A stretch of DNA of 64,000 nucleotides from Longimicrobiales bacterium. Its GTDB lineage: Bacteria; Gemmatimonadota; Gemmatimonadetes; Longimicrobiales; Gaopeijiaceae. The translations under genes were made by a program, and so were the position numbers. The notes under the pieces are model-generated. The model did no database searches and was not told the DNA's origin. It saw only the letters and a list, made by a program, of their open reading frames with translations. The stretch spans positions 1,152,001-1,216,000 of the forward strand of contig CBDAON010000004.1 in assembly GCA_965198065.1 (NCBI GenBank), written 5' to 3'. Each line of letters opens with the position of its first letter. The first letter of the stretch is position 1. Shown here piece after piece: positions 9,906 to 18,756 of the stretch.

Positions 9906-10007
9906 CCAGAGCACGGACCGTGCCTTTGGTCGTGGGGAGCCTCTTGGCCCAAGCGTGGCCCCAGGAAGGAGCGCGGCCTGGAAGGGAGAACGACGCCGGG
10001 CTCCCGC

Positions 10008-10397
10008 TCAGGGTGGGGGAGCCGGTGCTCTGGCGCGCCGGTGGAGATCGGCGAGATCCTCGTCGGACAGCGCATCCAGCGACGTCCCCACCGCCAGAAC
10101 CTGGCGCTGGTCCGGCGCGCCCTCCCCCTCCAGGGTGAACGTAACCATGAGGAGCGGGGCGCCCGCGTCGCTGCCGCACCCGGTCCGCGTCGCCCCGTCG
10201 ACCCGGACGGCCCACCTCCCTTCGGGTGTATCGACGCATCGGAGCCCCGCGGGCTCGAGGGCTCCCCCGGTCCCGGACGGCGAAGCGGGTTTGGCGTACC
10301 CGTCCCCGGGTTCGGCAGCCGAATCCGCCGCCCGCTCGGACTCGGATGACCCGAGACTCTCGCGTACGGGCGTGGGGCGGTGCAACGGGTCACCCAC
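10008..10397 (-). CDS. Hypothetical protein
   Basis: Overlaps the end of the PTPS gene and has a plausible C-terminal domain (SLDALSDEDLADLHRRAR). Confidence 0.6.
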   Translation of the reverse strand: MGDPLHRPTPVRESLGSSESERAADSAAEPGDGYAKPASPSGTGGALEPAGLRCVDTPEGRWAVRVDGATRTGCGSDAGAPLLMVTFTLEGEGAPDQRQVLAVGTSLDALSDEDLADLHRRARAPAPPP

Positions 10398-10824
10398 GGC
10401 TCACGCCCCCGCCGGACACTTCCGCTCCCAGCCCGTCCGCCTCCCAGATCCGCACCCGACGAAGCGAGGCGCGCCCCGGGATCCGGTCCTCAAGGTTACG
10501 CCACAGCCAGATCGCCAGCTCCTCGGTGGACGGGAGGATCTCCCCACGCCGAACCTCGGGAATGGCTTCGTTCAGGTCCGCGCCGCGGAGCGGCCCCAAC
10601 ACGTCGTCCAGGAGACGGTCCAGCTCGGACAGGTCGGCGACCCATCCGGTCTCCGGGTCGATCGGCCCGCTCACGACGGCCTCGGCCCGGAAGTCGTGCC
10701 GATGAGGCTCGGCCTGGGCACCGAAGACGATCCGGTTCCGCTCCGCGGTCCACTCCTGCCGCCAGTAACGGTGCACGGCCGAGAAGCCGAACACCCGGAT
10801 CAGGGAAACGTCATTCATCGACAC
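10390..10824 (-). CDS. 6-pyruvoyl-tetrahydropterin synthase/QueD (COG0720) family protein
   Basis: FSAVH, HRH, GPIDPETGWVADL, LNE and PSTEELA..WE pattern of the T-fold. The catalytic Cys is absent. Confidence 0.85.
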   Translation of the reverse strand: MSMNDVSLIRVFGFSAVHRYWRQEWTAERNRIVFGAQAEPHRHDFRAEAVVSGPIDPETGWVADLSELDRLLDDVLGPLRGADLNEAIPEVRRGEILPSTEELAIWLWRNLEDRIPGRASLRRVRIWEADGLGAEVSGGGVSRG

Positions 10825-10942
10825 CCTCGCGCCGTATGTTTACTCCCGGTCGGCCTGGCGGCCTCGCCATGGCACTCTAACGCCTCCCGTACCAGATTAC
10901 CTGTACGGTAGCCCGAGGTCGATCCTCACCCGGCCGTAAGCC

Positions 10943-11305
10943 ATGGGAAAGTACGACGACATATCCCCGGATCGCCTGCGCGCCGATCTCGTCGCGTTCG
11001 CGCAGCTCATCGTTCGGCTCGAGGGCGAGGACGGGCTTCTCGAGTCGCCCGCAGAGTTCCAACGCTTGCTGGGAGATCTGCGCCAGAAGCTCTTCGCATA
11101 CGAGGTGCGCTCGAGTCGTTTCGGAACGGACGGGACGGCTGCGTCCGGCGAGCCGAGCTCGGTGTCTCGGAGAACCTCGGGAGAACTTGACGACCGGGTT
11201 CTCCGGCAGTCCTTGAGAGTTGTCCGCGAGGCCATCCGGCGCAGGGAGGAGATGGAACAGGAGTGGATGGGCGCGGCCCCGGACGATGACGAAGATCACG
11301 ACTGA
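10943..11305 (+). CDS. Hypothetical helical protein
   Basis: Coding-like codon usage and an acidic C-terminus; overlaps the next ORF. Confidence 0.7.
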   Translation: MGKYDDISPDRLRADLVAFAQLIVRLEGEDGLLESPAEFQRLLGDLRQKLFAYEVRSSRFGTDGTAASGEPSSVSRRTSGELDDRVLRQSLRVVREAIRRREEMEQEWMGAAPDDDEDHD

Positions 11306-11771
11306 GGACGACGCCTCGCCGGAGAGGACGAGAATCTGCTCCCAGCTCCAGAGGCATCAGGAGCGGGCGCTCCAGATCCTCAACGAAGCGAAGGCCGAGC
11401 TCGGTTCCCCGCTCACCAAGACGCTCCTTCAGCGCCTGCAGAACGACGGGGCCGCGGAGGTGGTGGACTGCGTCCGGCAGGTAGTGGCCAGGCTCGAAGA
11501 CGCGATTCGAGCGACTGAGTACTCCCAGTCCGAGATCCACCGCGAGCTACTCACGACCCGGGGCACGGTCGAGGCGGCGGGAGTCTCGAACCTGCCCCAG
11601 GGGCTGGCGCGCTTCCTCGCGGAGCGAAAGGACACCCCCGGCTTCACCTACGAGGTGCGGCAGGATGCGGTCCGCGGATGGATCATCGAGTGGAAGGAAT
11701 ACACCCACCGGGGCACGGTCCGCGGGTCGGGACAGTTTTACGAGCGGCCCTACGCTTGGATCGATCAGTGA
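11286..11771 (+). CDS. Hypothetical protein
   Basis: ATG at 11286 overlaps the upstream gene; helical N-half and aromatic-rich beta C-half. Confidence 0.7.
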   Translation: MTKITTEDDASPERTRICSQLQRHQERALQILNEAKAELGSPLTKTLLQRLQNDGAAEVVDCVRQVVARLEDAIRATEYSQSEIHRELLTTRGTVEAAGVSNLPQGLARFLAERKDTPGFTYEVRQDAVRGWIIEWKEYTHRGTVRGSGQFYERPYAWIDQ

Positions 11772-11784
11772 GGGTCGTGGGGCC

Positions 11785-12414
11785 TCACGGTTCGACCGGC
11801 GCCCCCAGGATCCAACCAGCGAGCTCCGGCGACGCCAGCGCGGACTCCACGGTCTCGGCGGGAATCGTCTCCCGCACCAGCGAGAGCGCATCTTCGCCGT
11901 AGAACATCGCGATCCAGCGCGCCTGGGTCGGCGTCACCCGCCTCACCGCCCAGACGAGGTGCACGTAGTTCGGCTCCCGCGGCTCCCTCCGGAGCGGCAT
12001 CCCCGCCCGAGCGGGCGCCCGGTTCCCCTTCCGGTTGTTGCACCGAGAGCAGGCGGTCACGACGTTCTCCCAGCCGTTCCCTCCTCCGAACGAGATCGGG
12101 ATCACGTGGTCCCGCGTGAGGAACTGGCGTCCCTTGAGCTCCTTCCGGTGGCGGCCACAGTACTGGCACGTGTAGTCGTCACGGGCAAACAGGAAGGTGT
12201 TCGTGACCTGGCGCCGGAACCTCCGGGGGACGCGCACGAAACGCACGAGGCGGATGACCGTCGGGCAGGGCAGGTCGTCCCGCTCCGAGCGGAAACGCTT
12301 CGCCTCGTCCACCTCGAGGATCTCGGCCTTTCGGTCGAGGACGAGTCGGATGGCTCTTCGAGCCGGAACCAGCGTGAGTGGCTCGAAGGACGCGTTCAGG
12401 GCCAGGCACCCCAT
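11785..12414 (-). CDS. HNH endonuclease (McrA/HNH_5 type)
   Basis: LALNASFEPL, RDDYTCQYCG, TRDHVIP and WENVVTACSRCNNRKG. Confidence 0.92.
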   Translation of the reverse strand: MGCLALNASFEPLTLVPARRAIRLVLDRKAEILEVDEAKRFRSERDDLPCPTVIRLVRFVRVPRRFRRQVTNTFLFARDDYTCQYCGRHRKELKGRQFLTRDHVIPISFGGGNGWENVVTACSRCNNRKGNRAPARAGMPLRREPREPNYVHLVWAVRRVTPTQARWIAMFYGEDALSLVRETIPAETVESALASPELAGWILGAPVEP

Positions 12415-12556
12415 CGAAAGGACGCGCTCCCGGAGTAGCAAAAGTGGCACCCCACCGAGCAGGACCCCAGTACGCAGGCGACCTGCTAAGTGACCGTCGT
12501 ACGGTAATGTAGCGGGCATTCCAAGGCAAAGGGGGCCCCAAGGGCCGCGGCGGCAG

Positions 12557-15043
12557 CTAAAGAAGGGCGACCGGATCGCGGTCGATGGCGACCCGCACAT
12601 CCCCCGAGGGAGGCCGAAACTCCTCGTCGAAGCGCCGGAGGAAGCGGCTCACGTCCGCCACACCACCGCCCCGGAGGAAGAAGTGCCACCGCCACCTCCG
12701 GTGCAGCCGCTCTATCGGCGACGGAGCGGGGCCCACGAGCTCGATCCCACGTGTGTCCTCCCTCCCCAGCCGCCTCCGGACCCAGGTCGCGGCCGCCTCG
12801 ACGGCGTCGGCCACGAGGGCTCGGTCGGGGGAGCTCACGATCACGTTCACGAGGCGGACGTGGGGGGGGTAGGACGGGCGGCGTCGCTCCTGGAGCTCCC
12901 GGGCGAGGAACCCCTCGACGTCGTGTTCGACGGCCGCTCGAATGGCGTAGTGCTCGGGGAGCGAGCTCTGGATGACGACCTCGCCTCCCAGCTCCCCCCG
13001 TCCCGTGCGCCCGGCCACCTGGCTCAGGAGCTGGAACGCCCGCTCGGTCGCCCGAAAGTCGGGCAGATGGATCCCTACGTCGGCGTTCACGACCCCTACA
13101 AGCGTGACGCGCGGGAAGTCGAGCCCCTTCGCGATCATCTGAGTCCCGAGGAGGAGGTCTACCTCGCCCCGCTCGACCCGTCCGAGGATCTCGTGGTGGG
13201 ACCAGCGCCCCGACGTGGTGTCGAGATCCATCCGCGCGATCCTCGCCCCCGGAAAGGTCTCCGCGACCACGCGCTCCACCTGCTCCGTCCCGAGCCCTCG
13301 GAGCGCCAGATCCCCGGCGCCGCAGACCGAGCAACGCTCGGGGCGCGCCTCCTCGTGCCGGCAATGATGGCAGAGGAGCCGCCCTCGGGACCGGTGGAAT
13401 GTGAGGGAGACGGAGCAGCTCGGGCATTCCCGGACGGACCCGCACGCCAGGCACTGAACGAACGACGAGTAGCCACGCCGGTTCAGGAGAAGGATCGACT
13501 GCTCCCCCCGCTCGAGCCGCTCCCGGACGGCCGAGACGAGCCGCTCCGAGAGGACGCCCCCTCCCCGCGTCGCGCTGCCGGATCCGATGGAGGATGTCTT
13601 GTCGTCGGACCGCCGCCCCCGGAGGTCCACGACCTCGACAGGTGGAAGCCGGCGCCCACCAACCCGCTCCGGGAGCCGGAGCAGGCGAAACTTCCCCCTC
13701 TTCACGTTCGCCCAACTCTCTAGCGACGGGGTCGCGGTCCCCAGCACGCAAACGGCCCCAGCGAGCGCGGCGCGGTAGACCGCGATGTCCCGGCCGTGGT
13801 AGCGGGGCGACTCGGACTGCTTGTACGAGGCGTCGTGCTCCTCGTCTACGACCACGGCGCCCAGGTCGGGCACGGGCGCGAAGACGGCCGAGCGCGCCCC
13901 CACCACCACGCGGCGCTCGCCCCGCCGAATCAGCCGCCACTGGTCGAAGCGCTCTCCCTGGGAGAGTCCTGAGTGGAGGACGGCCACCTGATCCCCGAAC
14001 CAGGTGCGGAAGCGACCCACGGTCATCGGAGTGAGCGAGATCTCGGGAACGAGGACGATCGCCGATCGACCGAGCCCGTTCACGACCTTCTCGAGGAGCC
14101 GGGTGTAGACGAGCGTTTTCCCCGAGCCCGTGACCCCGTGGAGGAGGAACGGCTTTTCGGGCTCGTCCGCCTGCCCTACGGCGCGCACGGTTTCGACGAG
14201 GCTCCGGAGCGCCGCCTCCTGCGCGTCCGTGAGGCGCTGGTCCACACGCGGAGCCGGCAGGGCCCGCGCAAACGGGTCCCTCGGAACCTCCTCCTCTTCC
14301 ACTCGCGCGAGCCCTTTTCCGACGAGCCCGTGGACGACTGCGCGGGAGAATCCGTGCGTCCGCTCCAAGACGGTCAGCTCCTCGGACCCTCCCGCCACCT
14401 CGAGCGCCTCGTAGCATGCGCGCTGTCGGCTCGCGCGGCCGAAGCGGTCGTCCCGGGCCGAGAGATCGGGAAGCCACTCGACGAGCCGCACCACTTTCCG
14501 CTTCCGGACAGGCGGCTCGGGGGGCGGGCGGGTCTCGTGCTCGAGGAGCCCCTCCCCCGCTAGGGCCCGGATCTCGGGCCAGATCGAGCGCGCGCCGACG
14601 ATCCGGCGGACGGCGGCGACCCGGACCTCACCCCCCTGAGCGCCCACCGCATCGAGCACGTCGGAGGCCCGGCCGGTGACCTGCCCGAGTCGCCTTCGTC
14701 CCTTGTCAGTGAGACGGAGGATCTCCGCCGCTCCGTCCGAGAGGACGGGTGGAAGCATGGCTCGGATCACGATCCCGGGAGGCACCACGTAGTACTCCGA
14801 GATCCAGAGGGCGAGCCGGAGGAGATCTTCCGGCACGGAAGGCGTGGTCTCGAGCACGTCCAGGACGGATCGGATTCCCTGGATCCCGGAGGGATCGCCC
14901 TCCCCGAGCACCCAGCCGACCTGAAGGCCCCGCTTGAACGGGACGAGGACGCGAGTGCCCGACGGAGGCGTCGGACCGTCGTGCGCGTAGACGAAGAGCT
15001 GAAGGAGCGGAAGGGGGAGAGCGACCCGGACGAACGCGCTCAC
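12557..15043 (-). CDS. priA: Primosomal protein N' (replication restart helicase)
   Basis: GVTGSGKT, VLVPEISLT, DEEH, SYKQ, four CxxC motifs, GTQMIAKGLDFP and QVAGRTGR. Confidence 0.97.
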   Translation of the reverse strand: MSAFVRVALPLPLLQLFVYAHDGPTPPSGTRVLVPFKRGLQVGWVLGEGDPSGIQGIRSVLDVLETTPSVPEDLLRLALWISEYYVVPPGIVIRAMLPPVLSDGAAEILRLTDKGRRRLGQVTGRASDVLDAVGAQGGEVRVAAVRRIVGARSIWPEIRALAGEGLLEHETRPPPEPPVRKRKVVRLVEWLPDLSARDDRFGRASRQRACYEALEVAGGSEELTVLERTHGFSRAVVHGLVGKGLARVEEEEVPRDPFARALPAPRVDQRLTDAQEAALRSLVETVRAVGQADEPEKPFLLHGVTGSGKTLVYTRLLEKVVNGLGRSAIVLVPEISLTPMTVGRFRTWFGDQVAVLHSGLSQGERFDQWRLIRRGERRVVVGARSAVFAPVPDLGAVVVDEEHDASYKQSESPRYHGRDIAVYRAALAGAVCVLGTATPSLESWANVKRGKFRLLRLPERVGGRRLPPVEVVDLRGRRSDDKTSSIGSGSATRGGGVLSERLVSAVRERLERGEQSILLLNRRGYSSFVQCLACGSVRECPSCSVSLTFHRSRGRLLCHHCRHEEARPERCSVCGAGDLALRGLGTEQVERVVAETFPGARIARMDLDTTSGRWSHHEILGRVERGEVDLLLGTQMIAKGLDFPRVTLVGVVNADVGIHLPDFRATERAFQLLSQVAGRTGRGELGGEVVIQSSLPEHYAIRAAVEHDVEGFLARELQERRRPSYPPHVRLVNVIVSSPDRALVADAVEAAATWVRRRLGREDTRGIELVGPAPSPIERLHRRWRWHFFLRGGGVADVSRFLRRFDEEFRPPSGDVRVAIDRDPVALL

Positions 15044-16242
15044 GGCTCCGACCCGTCCAGGAGAAGCAGGTCGCGCTGGATCTCCGGAGGGGTCACCTCA
15101 GGCCCGCTTTCCCCCCAATACACGTTCACCTCGCTCCGGACGCCGAAGCGGCCCGGAAGGTACACGCCCGGCTCGACCGAAAACCCCACGCCGGGAAGGA
15201 GCCGCCGCTCGTCCCGCGTCTCGAAATCGTCCAGGTTAGGCCCGGAGCCGTGGAGTCGCGTATCGATGGAGTGGCCGAGCCGGTGAACGAACGCGTCGTA
15301 GAAGCCCGCGCTCCGGAGAGATGCGCGCGCGACCGCGTCTACTTCGTACCCCCGGACGTCCCGCCTCCCGGCGGCCCGCTCCTCGAGAAACGCGAGCGCC
15401 CGGTCCCGGGCGTCTCGGACGGCGCCCCAGACCTCGCGGACGTCGTCCGGGGGCGCGGCCCCGAGGTAGCCCATCCACGTCTGGTCCGCGGGGACGCCTC
15501 CGGGGAACGCTCCCCAGAGGTCGACGATAACCAGGGTGTCGGCAAGGATCGGCGCGCCCGCCCCCTCCGGCTCGTAGTGCGGATCCGCGGAGGACGGGCC
15601 GACCGCAACGATCGCGTCCTCCTGCTCGGTGAGCCCCTCTTCTCGGAGGCGGGCCCGAATCCAGTCGCGCAGCTCGGCTTCCGCGAACGGAGCGGGCTCT
15701 CGGGCCGACCGGGCGGCGCGGCGGAGCGCCTCGTGCGCAACCGAGCCGACGACGCGGGCCGCGGCGCGGTGGAGGTCGAGCCCATGCTCGGACCACCGGG
15801 CGTGGAACGCTGTGACGAGGTCTCCGGACGAGACGACTCGCACCCCTAGACCCTCAAGCACGCCGACGATCCCTGCCGGAACCAGGTCGAGCGTGGGGAC
15901 GGCGCTCCCCGGAGAGACCTCCATCGCGACGATCCGGGCTCCGCCGAGCAGAGCTAGGAGGCCGGCCTCGAGCTCGTGCCGCCGGGTGTAGCGTCGAAGC
16001 TCCCAGGGCCAGGGGGCCCAGGCCGTCAGGTCCACGGGATGGCACAGCGCGACGGGCGGTCCCTCGGCCGGAAAGAGCGCGAACCCCCGGCGCGTCGTGT
16101 GACCCAGCCCCAGAAGCGCGTGGGCGACCGGGCTCCGGTCCTGGAAGTCGTAGAGGAGCCAGGCGTCGGCACCCAACTCAGCGAGGAGCCCCGGTAGAGC
16201 GGTGATCCTGCCGGCGTCGAGGAGGGGGCCGGCGGCGCTCAC
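15040..16242 (-). CDS. M24 family metallopeptidase (Xaa-Pro peptidase-like)
   Basis: ADPHY, DLW, ADQTW, HRLGHSID, FSVEPGVY and GVRSE. Confidence 0.9.
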   Translation of the reverse strand: MSAAGPLLDAGRITALPGLLAELGADAWLLYDFQDRSPVAHALLGLGHTTRRGFALFPAEGPPVALCHPVDLTAWAPWPWELRRYTRRHELEAGLLALLGGARIVAMEVSPGSAVPTLDLVPAGIVGVLEGLGVRVVSSGDLVTAFHARWSEHGLDLHRAAARVVGSVAHEALRRAARSAREPAPFAEAELRDWIRARLREEGLTEQEDAIVAVGPSSADPHYEPEGAGAPILADTLVIVDLWGAFPGGVPADQTWMGYLGAAPPDDVREVWGAVRDARDRALAFLEERAAGRRDVRGYEVDAVARASLRSAGFYDAFVHRLGHSIDTRLHGSGPNLDDFETRDERRLLPGVGFSVEPGVYLPGRFGVRSEVNVYWGESGPEVTPPEIQRDLLLLDGSEP

Positions 16243-16302
16243 CGCGGCCCGCGGGATCGCCTGGCCAACGTCAACCGAGCCCCGGGCGTCGGCCCGCCGG
16301 CG

Positions 16303-17214
16303 TCAACGCCGCTCGCCCTGGACGAAGAGCGGAAGGTCCACCACTTCTCCAACCGCATCCACCTCCCCACCGGCATCGATCGTTCCGGTGCCGACGGCCC
16401 TCCAACCCGCGATCAGCGTGAGGCCCAGGATCCGCTCCCGGGTCATGAGCCGATGGGCCTCCCTCTCCCTGGCGAGGGCGGCGACGACCCCCCGCCAACC
16501 CCAGCGGCCCAGCGCGCGACGCAGGATGCCGATCCGCTCGGGAATGGAGAAGAGCTCCGCGAGGTCCGGGAGACCGCCCGCTACCGGGGAGTCGAGGCCG
16601 CCCCGCTCGTCGGACCATCCCTCCGTCCGGAGCGGCTCGATTCCTGCCTCCCGAAGGAGCCGCTTGAGCTCGACCAGCATGAGCGGCTTCACCCCCAAAT
16701 GGCTCGACAGCACCTCGCGCCTGGCCGCCTCCACGGGCGCCTTCCAGACAAGCTGCACGAGCGCGACCCGGCCCCCCGGCTTCAGCACGCGTGCGATCTC
16801 CAGGACGGCCGGCTCGGCCTCCGCGCGCCGGGTGAGGCCCAGCTCTCCGATGACGACGTCGAAGACGCCGTCCCGGTACGGGAGCTCCGCCACGGAGCCC
16901 GCCTGGAAGTGCGCCCGCTCGTGAATTCCCTCTTCCCGGGCGCGAGCCTCCGCCTCGTCGAGCAGGGCCTCGTCGTCGTCCACCCCGCACCCGACGGCTC
17001 CGAACTCCCGCACGAAGTACTCGAGCGTGGTGCCCCGGCCGGAGGGGACGACCAGAACCTCCTGCCCCTCCCGGAGATCGGTGAGGAGCCCGATCCGATG
17101 GTAGAGGACCTTCCCGCCCGGCCCGAAGAGAGGTCGGCGGGCAAGGCGAACGAGGTCCAGGGTGGAGGGAATGGCCTCGCTCCCGGGGAGCGAGCCGGGC
17201 AGGTTGGCGTTCAT
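16303..17214 (-). CDS. Class I SAM-dependent methyltransferase
   Basis: Motif I-like VLVVPSGRG, LPYRDGVFDVV and EIARVLKPGG. Confidence 0.85.
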   Translation of the reverse strand: MNANLPGSLPGSEAIPSTLDLVRLARRPLFGPGGKVLYHRIGLLTDLREGQEVLVVPSGRGTTLEYFVREFGAVGCGVDDDEALLDEAEARAREEGIHERAHFQAGSVAELPYRDGVFDVVIGELGLTRRAEAEPAVLEIARVLKPGGRVALVQLVWKAPVEAARREVLSSHLGVKPLMLVELKRLLREAGIEPLRTEGWSDERGGLDSPVAGGLPDLAELFSIPERIGILRRALGRWGWRGVVAALAREREAHRLMTRERILGLTLIAGWRAVGTGTIDAGGEVDAVGEVVDLPLFVQGERR

Positions 17215-17224
17215 GGGTCGAACG

Positions 17225-17734
17225 TCAGAACGACGGGTCCTCGCTGATCTCGATGTCACGGATCGCCGACCGGAGGAGCGCCTCCTGGTCGTCCGTGAGC
17301 GGCTGCCTGGATCCCGGCGCCGCGGTGGCGGTGCCCCCCGAGCGGACGGAGCGGCGGAGCACGAAGGTGACGAGCCCCACGCCGGCCAGAAGCGCCGCGG
17401 GGGGGAAGATCCACGCCAGGAGGCCCCGCCCCCGTCCTTCCGGCTCCGCCAGGTACTCCTCCCCGTGGTTCGCGAGCATCCAGTCTACGAGCTCATCGGA
17501 GGCCCACCCCTCGTAGGCTAGCGCGTGGATGGAGTCCCTGAGCACGGCCGACTGCTGGGCCGTGCACACCTCGAGCATAAATCCCGGACAGTAGGGCGAA
17601 TAGAGCCGCGAGATCGCCTCGGTCCCTTCCGGATGGGGCTGGAACGGCCCCTCCATTCCCTCCGGGATCTGCCCGACCGCTGGGACGGCGAGGAGGAAGA
17701 GGATGGAGACGGAAAGGAAAGCGGGGATGCGCAT
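17225..17734 (-). CDS. ccmH: Cytochrome c biogenesis protein, CcmH/NrfF family
   Basis: Signal peptide, LYSPYCPGFMLEVC redox segment, HGEEYLAEP and an LLAWIFP TM segment typical of the CcmH N-domain. Confidence 0.75.
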   Translation of the reverse strand: MRIPAFLSVSILFLLAVPAVGQIPEGMEGPFQPHPEGTEAISRLYSPYCPGFMLEVCTAQQSAVLRDSIHALAYEGWASDELVDWMLANHGEEYLAEPEGRGRGLLAWIFPPAALLAGVGLVTFVLRRSVRSGGTATAAPGSRQPLTDDQEALLRSAIRDIEISEDPSF

Positions 17735-17805
17735 AACGGGATCCCAGTTCGGGATGGGAGTCACGAGTCGCCGAACGGTAAAAATGCCGAAAGCCGGCCG
17801 CTGGC

Positions 17806-18717
17806 TCAAGCCGGCCCGTCTAGGGGGGGGCCGTCCAGCCCCGCCAGGGCCGCCAGCGTTGCGACCGCCGCGAGGCCGGTTCTGGCCGGGTGGTATCCGC
17901 CCTCGAGAAGGGCCACGACCCTCCCGGAGCAGGCCCGCGCCGCCCACTCCAGGACCGCCCTCGTGAGCCGGAAGAAATGGGCCGGCTCGAGAAGCATGCC
18001 GCCGATGGGGTCTCCGGCTAGCGCGTCGTAGCCCGCGGAAACCAGGATGAAGTCGGGCTCGAAGGCCGCCTCGGCCCGACCCAGAGCCCCGGCAAGCGCG
18101 CGCTCGTGAGCGTCTCCCGTGGTGCGGGCTGGAAGTGGAACGTTCAGGGTGGCTCCGGCGCCCGCGCCCTCCCCCCGCTCGTCCGAACCCCCCGTCCCGG
18201 GATAGAACGGAAACTGGTGGAGGGAGAGGAAGAAGACCGTCGCCTGGAGGTGCCGCGCGGCCACGGCGACATGGTTCACAGCACAGAACCCCATGGCCTG
18301 CTCCGCCGACGCGTGGTGACCAGGGGGACGGGTGGCGACGAAGGCGTTCCCGAGCGCGCCGCTCCACACGCCCTCCACCGCGACGAGCGCGGCCCCGCTG
18401 GATCCCCGAATCGCATCCCAGGATCCGCTGGAGACAGGGACCTCCGCCCCGACCTCGACCCTCGCGTCGATCTCTCCCGCCCGGCGGGACGCGGCCTGGA
18501 CGCGTTCGAGGTAAGGAAGCGGATGGACCCGCCGGAGCTCGTCCAGGGTGGCGAAGCGGACCTCGACCGGCTCTACCTTCCCGTGGAGCACCGGAAGGGC
18601 CTGCTCGACGGCGGCGGCAATGGCCGGAAGGCGCCCCTGATGCTCGGGGTGCCCCCACCCGGGATCGTGGAGGGGGGCGGAGGGGTGGAGGAGGAATCCG
18701 GTCGGCGGCGGCGTCAC
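17806..18717 (-). CDS. Histone deacetylase/AcuC-family protein with an in-frame loss of the Zn-binding DxDxH segment
   Basis: HPE, RPPGHHA, MGFC, SLHQFPFYPGTG, SAGYDA..DP and LEGGY are present; the DWDVHHGNGTQ-type segment is missing. Confidence 0.85.
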   Translation of the reverse strand: MTPPPTGFLLHPSAPLHDPGWGHPEHQGRLPAIAAAVEQALPVLHGKVEPVEVRFATLDELRRVHPLPYLERVQAASRRAGEIDARVEVGAEVPVSSGSWDAIRGSSGAALVAVEGVWSGALGNAFVATRPPGHHASAEQAMGFCAVNHVAVAARHLQATVFFLSLHQFPFYPGTGGSDERGEGAGAGATLNVPLPARTTGDAHERALAGALGRAEAAFEPDFILVSAGYDALAGDPIGGMLLEPAHFFRLTRAVLEWAARACSGRVVALLEGGYHPARTGLAAVATLAALAGLDGPPLDGPA

Positions 18718-18756
18718 GCGGGGCCGCGCCGTGGACGCATCGTCACCGCACGGCGC

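Noticed and set aside
11785..12414. IscB/Cas9-like RNA-guided nuclease or mobile homing endonuclease
   Set aside because: It is a short stand-alone HNH with no RuvC or PLMP motifs and no flanking element ends.
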